A program made the position numbers and the translations under genes. 64,000 bases of DNA from the NCBI GenBank assembly GCA_903925015.1, contig CAIYDY010000318.1, positions 11,299 to 75,298 on the forward strand. The letters are read 5' to 3'. Every line of letters starts with the position of its first letter. Positions within the stretch are counted from its first letter, which is position 1. Shown here piece by piece: positions 1 through 9,335 of the stretch. The stretch comes from an uncultured Acidobacteriia bacterium (GTDB lineage: Bacteria > Acidobacteriota > Terriglobia > Bryobacterales > Bryobacteraceae). The notes beneath the pieces are model-generated. The model ran no database searches. It saw only the letters and a program-made list of their open reading frames with translations, and was not told where the DNA came from.

Positions 1-771
1 GTAGACGCGACAGGCAAGGCCGTGTTGGTGGCCAACTACGCCGGCGGCAGCTTCTCATCGTTCCCGGTCGGTGCGGATGGCAAGCTGGGCGAGGCGGCAT
101 CGTTTATCCAGGAAACCGGTTCCAGCATCAACCCCAATAGGCAAAAGGAACCGCACGGGCACTCCATCATCCTCACCAAGAACAACAAATATGCAATCGG
201 CGCCGACTTGGGCACCGACCACGTCAACGTCTTCAAACTGGACGCCGCCACAGCCAAGATCACGCCCAACAGTCCGGCCTTCGGGACTGTGAAGCTGGGC
301 TCCGGACCCCGCCACTCGGCTCTCTCGCCCGATCAGAAGCATCTTTACGTCCTTAGCGAGATGGCCTCCACCGTCACAACCTTCGATTTCAATGCGACCG
401 CCGGAACGATGAAGGAGACGGACTCGGTCTCCACCCTGCCCGCCGATTTCAAGGGCCAAAGCACCACCGCCGAGATCTTTACCGATGCCAAGGGCCAGTA
501 CGTCTACGCATCAAACCGTGGTCACGATTCCATCGCCGTTTTTGCGGTAGCGCCCGACACCGGCAAGTTGACGTTCCTGCAAACCGAGTCAACCGGGGGA
601 AAGACACCCCGTGGCTTCATGATCGATCCTTCTGGAAACTACCTCGTCGCAGGCAACCAGGACACCAACAGCGTTTCGGTACTCAAGATCGACCGCAAGA
701 CCGGCAAGCTCTCCCCGGTCAGTCAGAAGCTGGATCTGGGCGCACCGGTTACTTTTGCATTTGTGAAGTAG
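1..771 (+). CDS. lactonase / 6-phosphogluconolactonase-like beta-propeller protein (5' end cut by the window edge)
   Basis: The frame is open from nt 1 (VDATGKAVLVANYAGGS...) to TAG at 769-771. Recurrent blade pattern 'G.GPRH..LSPD.K.LYV..E..S.V..F', 'RGHDSIAVFAV', 'QDTNSVSVLKID' is typical of the YbhE/Pgl lactonase family. Confidence 0.75.
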   Translation, partial: VDATGKAVLVANYAGGSFSSFPVGADGKLGEAASFIQETGSSINPNRQKEPHGHSIILTKNNKYAIGADLGTDHVNVFKLDAATAKITPNSPAFGTVKLGSGPRHSALSPDQKHLYVLSEMASTVTTFDFNATAGTMKETDSVSTLPADFKGQSTTAEIFTDAKGQYVYASNRGHDSIAVFAVAPDTGKLTFLQTESTGGKTPRGFMIDPSGNYLVAGNQDTNSVSVLKIDRKTGKLSPVSQKLDLGAPVTFAFVK

Positions 772-774
772 CCC

Positions 775-1110
775 TCAAGTTGGGCGGGTCCAAACGCGGA
801 CCGGTGGCAGCTTGTCGGATTGAGCGGCTGCATCCTCAATGAGTTTGGCAAACGCTTTGGCGGCCTCGCTTTCGATGTCGATCCAGACATCGAAAGCGCC
901 GGTTCGCTGGCCGGTTTCACAAACGTGGAGTTTGATCTGGACACGCTTGCCCCACTCCGCCGTATGCGCTGCCTGGGCGGCCACGCTGTCGAGTTTCAAG
1001 ACGCGGCCGGCTGATAGGTCGTGGTCGGGTATGAAGCTGCGTAATGCGCGCGGGAACAGAATGTTGTTGACGTACGGAGACTTCCGAGGCAGTTGCAGGG
1101 GACGGTCCAT
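775..1110 (-). CDS. hypothetical protein (start uncertain; the ORF extends to ATG at 1251)
   Basis: Only long ORF in this gap. No family recognised. I chose the internal ATG at 1110 because the 1251 start would overlap the convincing membrane-protein ORF on the other strand by 81 nt (1171-1251). Confidence 0.3.
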   Translation of the reverse strand: MDRPLQLPRKSPYVNNILFPRALRSFIPDHDLSAGRVLKLDSVAAQAAHTAEWGKRVQIKLHVCETGQRTGAFDVWIDIESEAAKAFAKLIEDAAAQSDKLPPVRVWTRPT

Positions 1111-1170
1111 AGGCAGATCATATCCCGGTGGCCGTGGGTCTCGGGGATAATCGAAGGTAGGACTAAATCT

Positions 1171-1725
1171 ATGAACCCATTCATTCAGCGCATCGCTGGC
1201 TTGCTGCTGATATTGACGGCCGGACTGACGTCCATTTGGGGCGGGCTCCATATTTCCCGCTTTGCGCCGACCGTTGCGGTTGCCGGACTGCTCGCGCTAA
1301 TCGGATCGGCGGTCTTGCTGGACCTTCTGAATGTTCGATTCGTGGCTTCGGTGCTAGCTGGCCTATTTCTCATGGTCCTGCTCATCGGTGGAGCCGACCA
1401 GATTGTTGACGGATTGTTGCCCACTCTCGGAGGCCTGGTACGTCCGCCCCGCTATACCCTGATCGCCTGCATGGTGTTGAGCGGATTCTCCGCCTTGCTG
1501 GGGGGGTGGACCGGCTGCATTGCATACGGGCAGCCTTCGCCCAGGCCCGCACAAGTCCTCGGGGTGATCAGCGAGGTTGTGGGGCTTGGCGTGGTTGCGG
1601 CCTTTTGGCGGACGAGTCCGCACTACCTGGCACTTGTCTTTTTGGTTATGCTGCCCGTGATGACGCGGCTGGGTGCGGCGGCCCGCACGTTGACGTCCGC
1701 AGTGGCAAGTCCAAACCTGAATTAG
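1171..1725 (+). CDS. hypothetical integral membrane protein
   Basis: Internal ATG (MNPFIQRIAGLLLILTAGL...) is followed by about 5 long hydrophobic stretches. No recognisable family. Confidence 0.5.
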   Translation: MNPFIQRIAGLLLILTAGLTSIWGGLHISRFAPTVAVAGLLALIGSAVLLDLLNVRFVASVLAGLFLMVLLIGGADQIVDGLLPTLGGLVRPPRYTLIACMVLSGFSALLGGWTGCIAYGQPSPRPAQVLGVISEVVGLGVVAAFWRTSPHYLALVFLVMLPVMTRLGAAARTLTSAVASPNLN

Positions 1726-1731
1726 CCCGAG

Positions 1732-2412
1732 CTATTCGCCCAGCAGGTCCGGCCTAAGTTTCGTCGTCTTGGCGAGGGCGGCTTGGGTGCGCCATTTCCG
1801 TATTTCGGCATGGTTGCCACCCAGTAGGACTTCTGGAACTTTCCAACCGCGGAAATCCGCCGGACGGGTCCACTGGGGGCAATCGAGGATGCCGCTTTCA
1901 AACGATTCATTGATGGTGGAGCCGCTGTTGCCCAGGACGCCGGGCAGGAGTCTGGCTACTGCGTCGATGATCACGGCTGCACCCAACTCCCCGCCGCTGA
2001 GGACGTAATCGCCGATCGAGACTTCATCGTCGACCAAATGCTCCGCCACTCGCTCGTCGACACCTTCGTAGCGACCGCAGATGAACAGAAGTTCCTCGCA
2101 GTCCAGATACTCGCGAGCCACCTTTTGGTCGAACTTGCGTCCCTGCGCCGAAAGGAGAATCACCTTTTGACCGGGTGAGCGCTGGGGCCAGATCGATTCC
2201 ACCGCGCTGAAGATTGGCTCGGCCTTGAGCAACATGCCCTCGCCGCCGCCAAAGGGGCGGTCGTCAACCGTGCGGTGAAAATCGTGGGTCCAGTTCCGGA
2301 GGTCGTGCAGGACGACCTCAAGCGTGCCCGCTTGTGCCGCGCGCGCAACCACTCCGTGGTCAAAGGGACCGCTGAAGAATTGCGGGAAAATGGTGAGGAT
2401 GTGGAACTTCAT
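1732..2412 (-). CDS. trmD: tRNA (guanine37-N1)-methyltransferase
   Basis: MKFHILTIFPQFF...DDRPFGGGEGMLLKAEPI...GRYEGVDERV...SIGDYVLSGGE are TrmD hallmarks. ATGA start/stop overlap with rimM. Confidence 0.95.
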   Translation of the reverse strand: MKFHILTIFPQFFSGPFDHGVVARAAQAGTLEVVLHDLRNWTHDFHRTVDDRPFGGGEGMLLKAEPIFSAVESIWPQRSPGQKVILLSAQGRKFDQKVAREYLDCEELLFICGRYEGVDERVAEHLVDDEVSIGDYVLSGGELGAAVIIDAVARLLPGVLGNSGSTINESFESGILDCPQWTRPADFRGWKVPEVLLGGNHAEIRKWRTQAALAKTTKLRPDLLGE

Positions 2413-2978
2413 GCAATGGGACTAGCTGTGGATTCCTCATTGATGGTTTCCAAGCCGATCGGTAGCTCCACCCGGATCAGCTTCTCGTCCGGCAGGATTT
2501 CTACGCAAATGGCCTTCACGAAGGGAATCAGGACGCGTCCGCCATCGATTTCGAGGAGCGAGGGGCCACCAAAATCCTCCCAGCCGGTCACTTTGCCTAC
2601 CAAGCGGTCGGTTGTCCGTTCGCGGACTTCAGCCCCGATCAGGTCGTCGTGGAAGAATTCGCCCTCATCCAGTTGGACGCGGTCCTGCTTGGGTACCCGC
2701 ACTTCACGACCGCGCAACAGTTCCGCGGCATTAATCGAATCAACGCCCTCGAACTTGAAGATTGGGGTTCCCTGATGGTTCCAAATCCTTTCCACGGGGT
2801 ATTCCACACCGGGACCGGCTGGACCGAAAAGATGCACCGATTCGAGATCATCGAATCGGTCCTCGTGATTTGTTAGGGGGGAAGCGGTAACCTCGCCCTT
2901 GTTACCCCTCGGGCGACCCAAGACCGCGATGGTGACCCATTCCGGCTCGGAAGCGGGTGTGTTGGCCGGATTACTCAA
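2409..2978 (-). CDS. rimM: 16S rRNA processing protein RimM
   Basis: 'IAVLGRPRGNKGEVTASPLT', PRC-barrel-like C-terminus, and position between the KH gene and trmD. TTG start; it overlaps the KH gene by 8 nt. Confidence 0.9.
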   Translation of the reverse strand: MSNPANTPASEPEWVTIAVLGRPRGNKGEVTASPLTNHEDRFDDLESVHLFGPAGPGVEYPVERIWNHQGTPIFKFEGVDSINAAELLRGREVRVPKQDRVQLDEGEFFHDDLIGAEVRERTTDRLVGKVTGWEDFGGPSLLEIDGGRVLIPFVKAICVEILPDEKLIRVELPIGLETINEESTASPIA

Positions 2979-3198
2979 GGATGTCCAGCGTACAGCGGGT
3001 GTTATGTTTGGCGGCCGACGCGCCCAGGATGGTGCGTAGCGAGCGGGCGGTGCGGCCCTGCTTGCCGATCACCTTGCCCATATCGGCGGGTGCCACTTTC
3101 AACTCCAAAACGGAATCCGTTCCGGCCTTGGCCGAAACGGATACTTCGTCTGGCGAATCCACGAGTTCCCGGACGATGTTCTCGATCAACTTTTGCAT
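2971..3198 (-). CDS. KH domain RNA-binding protein (YlqC/UPF0109 family)
   Basis: 'DMGKVIGKQGRTARSLRTIL' is a GXXG KH motif. Conserved position between rpsP and rimM. Confidence 0.9.
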   Translation of the reverse strand: MQKLIENIVRELVDSPDEVSVSAKAGTDSVLELKVAPADMGKVIGKQGRTARSLRTILGASAAKHNTRCTLDILE

Positions 3199-3239
3199 CG
3201 ATTTTCCTCCCGCCCGGGTGCCGGGGCCAGGCTATAGAA

Positions 3240-3488
3240 CTATGCCGCGACCGGAGCCGGGTTGTTCTTGATCAAGCGCTCCACGGTTTCAGAGAGCTGC
3301 GCACCGTTCTTGACCCAATGGGCGATCCGGTCGTATTCAAGCTTCGCGGCCGGCGGATCGACGAGCGGGTTGTAGTGCCCCACCACTTCGATGTTGCGGC
3401 TGTTGCGGGCGCGTTCCTTCTCGATTACCACGATCCGGTAGAACGGCTTCTTTTTGGCGCCGAAGCGGGCCAGTCTGATCATCAACAT
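3240..3488 (-). CDS. rpsP: 30S ribosomal protein S16
   Basis: 'MIRLARFGAKKKPFYRIVV...GHYNP' is the S16 signature. Confidence 0.95.
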   Translation of the reverse strand: MLMIRLARFGAKKKPFYRIVVIEKERARNSRNIEVVGHYNPLVDPPAAKLEYDRIAHWVKNGAQLSETVERLIKNNPAPVAA

Positions 3489-3603
3489 ATGTTTCCTATT
3501 GTCCTCTTTTCTGGAATCAGTACACGGCTGCTACGGAGGGGCCGCATCCGGCCCGTGCAGTGAGCGTTGCGGCTCGTGCGCTGGAATCCAATTCCGTCAA
3601 AAC

Positions 3604-4977
3604 CTAAAATCCGGGCAGCCCGAGCTTTCCAAGCCCGCCCATTTTTGCCATCTTCTTGCCCAGGAATCCCATCCCGGAAAGACTCCCGGACAGGCTCTTC
3701 ATCATCTTCCGTGCCTGTCCGTACTGCTTGAGCAATTCGTTTACATCCTGAACCGTTGTGCCGCTACCTTTGGCGATCCGGCGTCGTCGGCTCCCGTTGA
3801 TGAGCATGTGGTTGTTGCGCTCCTTGGGCGTCATCGAATCAATCATCGCCACAATCCGCGTCAACTCCTTCTCATCGGGCTGCAGGCCCTGCAATTCCTT
3901 CATCATGCCGACCTTCGGCATCATCTTGAGAATCGAATCGAGCGATCCCAGCTTCCGGAGCGACTGCAGCTGGTTCCGGAAATCCTCAAGGGAAAATTCG
4001 TTGTCGAGCAGCTTGCGCTGCATTTCCTCCTGCTGCTTGGAGTCGAAGGCTTCCTGCGCCTTCTCGACGAAACTGACGATGTCGCCCATCCCCAGGATCC
4101 GCGAGGCGGCGCGGTCGGGGTGGAACGGCTCGAATGCGTCGGCCTTTTCACCAAGGCCCACAAACTTGAGCGGCTGTCCGGTCACGTGCCGGATGGAAAG
4201 CGCTGCGCCACCGCGGGCATCGCCGTCCATTTTGGTCAGGATCACGCCTGTGATGCCCAACTGCTTGTGGAACTCGTCGGCGGACTTGACCGCATCCTGA
4301 CCGGTCATGGCGTCGGCCACGAACAGGATTTCCACCGGGTTCAGCAGTTCCTTCAACTGCTTCAACTCGTCCATCAACTGGTCGTCGATATGGAGGCGGC
4401 CAGCGGTATCCACCAGCAGTACGTCTCGCCCTGAATTTACTGTTTCGCGCCGGGCGGAGCGGGCCAAATCGATGGGCAGCGTTTCGCCCTCTGCACCGGC
4501 ATAGATCGGAATCTTGTTGTCGCGGGCAATGATCGCCAACTGCTGGCGCGCCGCAGGACGGTAGACGTCGACGGAAACGACCTGCGGCCTGTGCCCGTTC
4601 TTCGTCAGCCATTTTGCCAGCTTGCCGGTAGAGGTGGTTTTGCCCGAGCCCTGCAGGCCCACGATCATGAAGACGCTGGGGGGATCGTTCGCAAACCTGA
4701 GCTTGGACTCATGGCTGCCCAGGATCTTCACCAACTCGTCGTTGATGATCCCAATCACCTGCTGGTAGGGCGACAGGGATTGCATCACCTCGGCACCGAG
4801 GGCGCGAACCTTCACCGCCTCAATCAGCTGTTTGACGACTTTGAAATTGACGTCGGCCTCAAGAAGCGCAACGCGGACCTCGCGGAGCGCCACCTCCATG
4901 TTATCGGCGGTGAGGCGTCCTTGGCCACGCAGGTTCTTGAAGACACGCTGCAGTTTATCGGACAGATTGTCAAACAT
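3604..4977 (-). CDS. ffh: signal recognition particle protein Ffh
   Basis: N/G domain 'GLQGSGKTTSTGKLA', 'DTAGRL', 'TKMDGDARGGAALS'. Met-rich M domain at the C-terminus. Confidence 0.97.
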   Translation of the reverse strand: MFDNLSDKLQRVFKNLRGQGRLTADNMEVALREVRVALLEADVNFKVVKQLIEAVKVRALGAEVMQSLSPYQQVIGIINDELVKILGSHESKLRFANDPPSVFMIVGLQGSGKTTSTGKLAKWLTKNGHRPQVVSVDVYRPAARQQLAIIARDNKIPIYAGAEGETLPIDLARSARRETVNSGRDVLLVDTAGRLHIDDQLMDELKQLKELLNPVEILFVADAMTGQDAVKSADEFHKQLGITGVILTKMDGDARGGAALSIRHVTGQPLKFVGLGEKADAFEPFHPDRAASRILGMGDIVSFVEKAQEAFDSKQQEEMQRKLLDNEFSLEDFRNQLQSLRKLGSLDSILKMMPKVGMMKELQGLQPDEKELTRIVAMIDSMTPKERNNHMLINGSRRRRIAKGSGTTVQDVNELLKQYGQARKMMKSLSGSLSGMGFLGKKMAKMGGLGKLGLPGF

Positions 4978-5121
4978 GCTTCTTTTTCGGGGTCGTACCG
5001 GCTGCCTTGCAAGCCCAACATCCCGGGTCTCCCGGGTTGCGGGCGCTCGGCATGGAGGGGTGACTCTTTATTGTAACGGATGGATGGGAGGAATGGAAGA
5101 CGGACTGCGCTGAGAATCCCG

Positions 5122-6219
5122 CTATGATCCCATCGGCATATTCGCCGAATCGGCCATAGAGCGGGCCGGGAAGGCAATATGCCCGGCACCGTTGTCCTCA
5201 ACCAGTTCCCGGTAGTGGTAGACGTCGGCGCAGAGAAGGTCCCGAACCTCGCCCTCCGCCAGGTAATGCACGGTCGCGCCCGCCGGTATCCGCTGGAGAA
5301 CCTGCACCAATCCATTCAGCGTTGCGAGTTCAGTTGGATTCGGCTTGTGGCCCAAAAGGATGCCCGCGTCCTTGATGAGAACATACGGCGCGTCGGCACC
5401 GCCCAATTCGGAGTCCGGGGTCGAGGCACTGTGGACCCGAACCTTGGGGGCCAGGAAGATCGCCTGGCATGGATAGAGGACGCCGCCAGACACGATGCGG
5501 CGCGAAATTGGATCCGCCCCGATGGAGTGGAGACTCGCGGTAGTCGGCACGCGCCATTTTCCGTAGGCGGCCATACGGTGCAACGCGTCCCATCCAGGCT
5601 CCAGAAATGGCCGGGGAGCTACTGAAACCCGCCGCTCCACCTCGCGGAGGAGGGCCTCGGCCTCGGCGCAACTATCGCCGCAGACCACCAATCCGTGGTT
5701 GGCAAGAACCAGGACAGCGGTTTCCGGGTTCCGTGCCACGGCGGCCTCGATCAGGTGCGCCAATGGCAAGCCGGACGGCGTGTAGGGGATCCACTGCCAC
5801 GGAAGACCGTCCAATCGGTCCTTTAGGCGGTCGGGCCCATCCTCCCGTACGGCGAAGGCGATCGTATTTACTGAATGAACATGGAGAACGACACGATGGG
5901 GCAAAACCGCGTGCATGGCGGTCTCAACCGAAGCGGCCAGCGCCCGGCCGCCAATCATGGCCGTCTGGCCCGCCGGGTCCGCATTGCAATGGACGCGGCG
6001 CAATGTTTCCCCCAAGTTGACTGGAATCAGGATTTCTTCGGTTGCCGCGTGCGCCAGCCACTTGCCGGAAGCCTTTATCCACAGCACCCCGTCGGACTTG
6101 AGTGACGTGTTTCCCGTCCCCGCTTGGACGAGCAGGGGCTCGGCTCCAAGCCGGGCCGAAAGATCCACCAGGGAATCAAACTCTGTGGCAGCGTTCACTT
6201 GCAACGTGTCAAATCCCAA
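5122..6219 (-). CDS. class II aldolase/adducin-domain protein
   Basis: 'QAGTGNTSLKSDGVLWIKASGKWL' and 'VLHVHSVNTIAFAV' resemble the aldolase half of bifunctional aldolase/SDR proteins. TTG start; exact start uncertain. Confidence 0.65.
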   Translation of the reverse strand: MGFDTLQVNAATEFDSLVDLSARLGAEPLLVQAGTGNTSLKSDGVLWIKASGKWLAHAATEEILIPVNLGETLRRVHCNADPAGQTAMIGGRALAASVETAMHAVLPHRVVLHVHSVNTIAFAVREDGPDRLKDRLDGLPWQWIPYTPSGLPLAHLIEAAVARNPETAVLVLANHGLVVCGDSCAEAEALLREVERRVSVAPRPFLEPGWDALHRMAAYGKWRVPTTASLHSIGADPISRRIVSGGVLYPCQAIFLAPKVRVHSASTPDSELGGADAPYVLIKDAGILLGHKPNPTELATLNGLVQVLQRIPAGATVHYLAEGEVRDLLCADVYHYRELVEDNGAGHIAFPARSMADSANMPMGS

Positions 6220-6424
6220 CGAGGTACACCGTGGCTTCTATTTCACTTGATCCCGCGAGAATATTCAAGGGGAAAACCGCGTCCACGCTAACTAATTCAA
6301 TTGAAGTTCTTTGTAGCGCAAATCACGTTGGCTGCCGCTCGAAGAATCGAGCCTCAACCTACCGACGCAACCAAGTCGTCTTTCATTGTATTGCAACAGC
6401 TCCCGTCTTGGAAGCTCGCACCGA

Positions 6425-7465
6425 CTAAAGCGTTTGCGTTACCTTCGTGAGCGTTCGTGGCTGGTCGGGATTCAGGTTCTTCTCCACCGCCAAGGCCGCA
6501 GCGAACAGCTGAGCAGGCACGATGTAGGGTATCGGCGTGTAAATTTCCGTGATCTTCGCCGGTATCACCATGGCACGGGAGGCCAGCTTGGCAGTTTCAC
6601 GGCTGGACAAGTCCGCGATCGCCACGGTTTCTGCTCCCAATCCCGCCAATTTTTCCAACATCTCGCGGATGGGACCGGAGGTTGGTCCAGAAGGTGCAAA
6701 GACGAAAGCCGGGAAATCGCGCCCGACCATGGCGATTGGCCCATGCAGGAAGTCCGCCGATGAAAACCGCTCAGCCACTACGTACGAGGTCTCCATCATC
6801 TTCAGTGCGAACTCGAACGCATTGGCGTAGTTGAGGCCGCGGCCCACCACCACGGCGTGATTCATGAACCTATAGCGTCCGGCCATGTCGAACACCCATT
6901 CCTGGGTGCTGAGAGCCGCTTCCACCAGCGCGGGAATCGTCCGAAGCGTGTCCACGTCGAAACTGGCTCCAAGGGCGTGTGCAACCACATACATCAGCAG
7001 AAGCTGCCCGGTATAGGTCTTGGTCGCCGCCACGCTCAGTTCCCGGCCCGCGCGGACCAGCAGGACATGGTCGGCCAGACCGGCCATGGTGCTGTTCTCC
7101 TCGTTGGTAATGGCGACGGTAACGGCACCTGCCTCCCGCGCCCGCTCCAAAACTATGTTCGTATCCGTGGATTCGCCCGATTGCGACACGCCAACCACCA
7201 GCGCATCCCGGTAGTCGACCTTTGCGCCGTACAAGGTATGCACCGAGGGTGCCGCAAGCGATACCGGGATACCGGTCGAGATCTCGATCAGGTATCGCCC
7301 AAACTGCGCCGCGTTGTCGGAAGTCCCGCGCGCGGCCAGCACCACCAACCGTGGCTGCCGTGCGGCGATGGCGGCCCGGAACTGGGCCAACCGGGGAAGA
7401 GCTTCGTCGAGGGTCTTGACGAGCGCGGCTGGTTGCTGCCGGATCTCGTCCAACATCTTGGACAT
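6425..7465 (-). CDS. SIS-domain sugar-phosphate isomerase/aminotransferase-like protein (GlmS isomerase-domain/AgaS/FrlB-like)
   Basis: 'VVLAARGTSDNAA', 'VVGVSQSGESTDT', and a second SIS repeat 'VVVGRGLNYANAFEFALKMMETS'. Confidence 0.8.
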   Translation of the reverse strand: MSKMLDEIRQQPAALVKTLDEALPRLAQFRAAIAARQPRLVVLAARGTSDNAAQFGRYLIEISTGIPVSLAAPSVHTLYGAKVDYRDALVVGVSQSGESTDTNIVLERAREAGAVTVAITNEENSTMAGLADHVLLVRAGRELSVAATKTYTGQLLLMYVVAHALGASFDVDTLRTIPALVEAALSTQEWVFDMAGRYRFMNHAVVVGRGLNYANAFEFALKMMETSYVVAERFSSADFLHGPIAMVGRDFPAFVFAPSGPTSGPIREMLEKLAGLGAETVAIADLSSRETAKLASRAMVIPAKITEIYTPIPYIVPAQLFAAALAVEKNLNPDQPRTLTKVTQTL

Positions 7466-7572
7466 GCCTCATTTTACAGCCCTTTGCAATTTACAACCGC
7501 GTGACGGCATATACTCAAAACTAGAAAGGTGCGCACCGTTTCGCCGCAGTGCCGCGTCCCACTATAAGCCAT

Positions 7573-8796
7573 ATGAACAGCCGCGCAAAGTTCGCCGTCG
7601 TGATGTCCTCCACCGCAATGGTGGCCCTGCTCCTGCTGGGCGGAGTCGTGACGAAGGGTGCCCCCGCAGACCAGTCAACCGGGACCAACAATGTCTACCG
7701 GCACCTGTCCGTCTACTCCGAAGTCCTGTCACGGATCAAGAGCGAGTATGTGGAAGAGCCGGACATGAGCAGCGTGACGCTCGGTGCCATGACGGGCATG
7801 CTGGAGGCCATCGACCCCTACGCCAGCTTTCTGAACGCCAACCAGTACAAGGAATATCTCAAGAACTTCGATTCCTACAAGGGCGATCTGGGTATGATCC
7901 TGGCCAAGAAGTACGGTTACATTACGATTGTGGCCGTGGTGCCTGGCTCCCCCGCCGACAAGGCTGGTCTGACTACCAACGACTTTCTGGAATCCGTGAA
8001 GGGCGTCGCCACGCGCGACATGCCGCTCGCCTACGCAAGCCTCCTGCTCCGGGGAGAGCCTGGTTCCACCATCGAGTTCTCCGTTCTGCGCCGCAAGCCG
8101 GAGCCGCAGAAGCTGACCATGGCGCGCGCCGTGGTCACCATCCCGGCGGTCGAATCGAAAATCATGCCGGGCGACATTGGCTACATCAAGGCAGCCGGTC
8201 TCAACAGCGCCCGCGTAAAAGAGGTTTCCGCCGCCGCCACCGCGTTGCAGCAGAAGGGCGCGAAGAAGTTGGTCCTGGACTTGCGCCAGTGCGCCACGGG
8301 CGAGCCTGAGGATGGCGTGGAGCTTGCGAACCTCTTCCTGGGCAAGGGCACCATCGCCTACGCGGAGGGCCAGAAGTATCCCCGTAAGAATTATGTTGCC
8401 GACGAGAAGAAGTCCGTTTCAGGATTGCCTTTGGTCGTTCTCACGAGCCGGGGGACCGCCGCTGCTGCGGAGGTAGCCGCAAACGGCCTGCAGAAGAACA
8501 AGCGCGCCACCGTGGTCGGCGAGCCCACCTTCGGCGACGCCTCCATCCGCCGCCCCATCACCATGGACGACGGTAGCGCGATCATCCTCTCGGTGGCCAA
8601 GTACTACGGCCCCGACGGCAAGGCCATCCAGGACACGGGCGTCGTACCGGACGAAAAGGTATTGGACACCGAGCAGAGCGCCAACGATCCGGAAGACGAT
8701 TCGGCGGACGCTGTGCCGGCACCGGCAGCACCCAAGAAGTCGAACGAGGACATGATCCTCAAGAAGGCGCTTGAGATCGCCGCTGCGAAGGCGTAG
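7573..8796 (+). CDS. S41 (Prc/CtpA-type) C-terminal processing peptidase homologue, predicted non-catalytic
   Basis: N-terminal signal/anchor, PDZ 'VVPGSPADKAGL', and S41 core 'LVLDLR...PLVVLTSRGTAAAAEVAANGLQKNKRATVVGEPTFGDAS'. Ser and Lys of the dyad read Ala and Asp. Alternative GTG start at 7549. Confidence 0.85.
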   Translation: MNSRAKFAVVMSSTAMVALLLLGGVVTKGAPADQSTGTNNVYRHLSVYSEVLSRIKSEYVEEPDMSSVTLGAMTGMLEAIDPYASFLNANQYKEYLKNFDSYKGDLGMILAKKYGYITIVAVVPGSPADKAGLTTNDFLESVKGVATRDMPLAYASLLLRGEPGSTIEFSVLRRKPEPQKLTMARAVVTIPAVESKIMPGDIGYIKAAGLNSARVKEVSAAATALQQKGAKKLVLDLRQCATGEPEDGVELANLFLGKGTIAYAEGQKYPRKNYVADEKKSVSGLPLVVLTSRGTAAAAEVAANGLQKNKRATVVGEPTFGDASIRRPITMDDGSAIILSVAKYYGPDGKAIQDTGVVPDEKVLDTEQSANDPEDDSADAVPAPAAPKKSNEDMILKKALEIAAAKA

Positions 8797-8807
8797 ACGG
8801 GCCAGAC

Positions 8808-8862
8808 AAATACAAAGGGCCTCCGGGACAATCCAGTCCCGGAGGCCCTTTGTATTTTTGAG
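8808..8862. terminator. bidirectional intrinsic terminator between convergent genes
   Basis: Perfect 21-bp stem: AAATACAAAGGGCCTCCGGGA (8808-8828), 8-nt loop, TCCCGGAGGCCCTTTGTATTT (8837-8857). The A/T runs lie in the stem arms themselves, with TT following at 8858-8859. Confidence 0.85.
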
Positions 8863-8868
8863 GAACGA

Positions 8869-9204
8869 TTAGAGAGTCTTGAGGTAGGCCATCAAATTGG
8901 CCATCTCGGCACCGCTCAGCATGTCCTTGTAACCGGGCATGCCATTGCCACCCTCGGCAACCTTGCCTTGGACATTGGCATCGTTGACCGGCTTGCCATT
9001 CCCCAGCTTGGCATTTTTGAACAGGCCCTTCAGACCGGGGCCCATTTTCTTTTCCGTGCTGTCCGCGTTGTGGCAGACACCGCACTGTTCGAAAACTTCC
9101 TTGCCCTTGGCGGCATCGCCTGCAGCGGGCTTCTTCTGGCCGTACATGGAGGCGCTGCCGAAAAGCAGGGCGCAAACCACAGCTAAATATTGAGATTTCT
9201 TCAT
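8869..9204 (-). CDS. c-type cytochrome (class I, monohaem), exported
   Basis: Internal ATG gives MKKSQYLAVVCALLFGSASMYG, a signal peptide. 'CGVCH' haem motif and distal 'GMPGY' Met. GGAG lies upstream of the ATG. The longer ORF version runs over the tRNA-Arg gene. Confidence 0.85.
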   Translation of the reverse strand: MKKSQYLAVVCALLFGSASMYGQKKPAAGDAAKGKEVFEQCGVCHNADSTEKKMGPGLKGLFKNAKLGNGKPVNDANVQGKVAEGGNGMPGYKDMLSGAEMANLMAYLKTL

Positions 9205-9335
9205 GATGGCTCCTTTGAGTCCTTTCTCCATACTACCTGATTTTGGATGCGCCCGAACGGCTCGCGGTGCGCCAAAATACGACCAAAGGCCGATAGTGAA
9301 GGGATTGTAATTTTGGGGAGGGGGTGGAGGGGAGT

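Noticed and set aside
1111-1251. Longer version (158 aa) of the hypothetical minus-strand ORF 775-1251.
   Set aside because: It would overlap the start of the convincing multi-TM ORF at 1171 on the other strand by 81 nt. The extra residues are low-complexity (Q/R/P-rich). The shorter start is kept, with low confidence.
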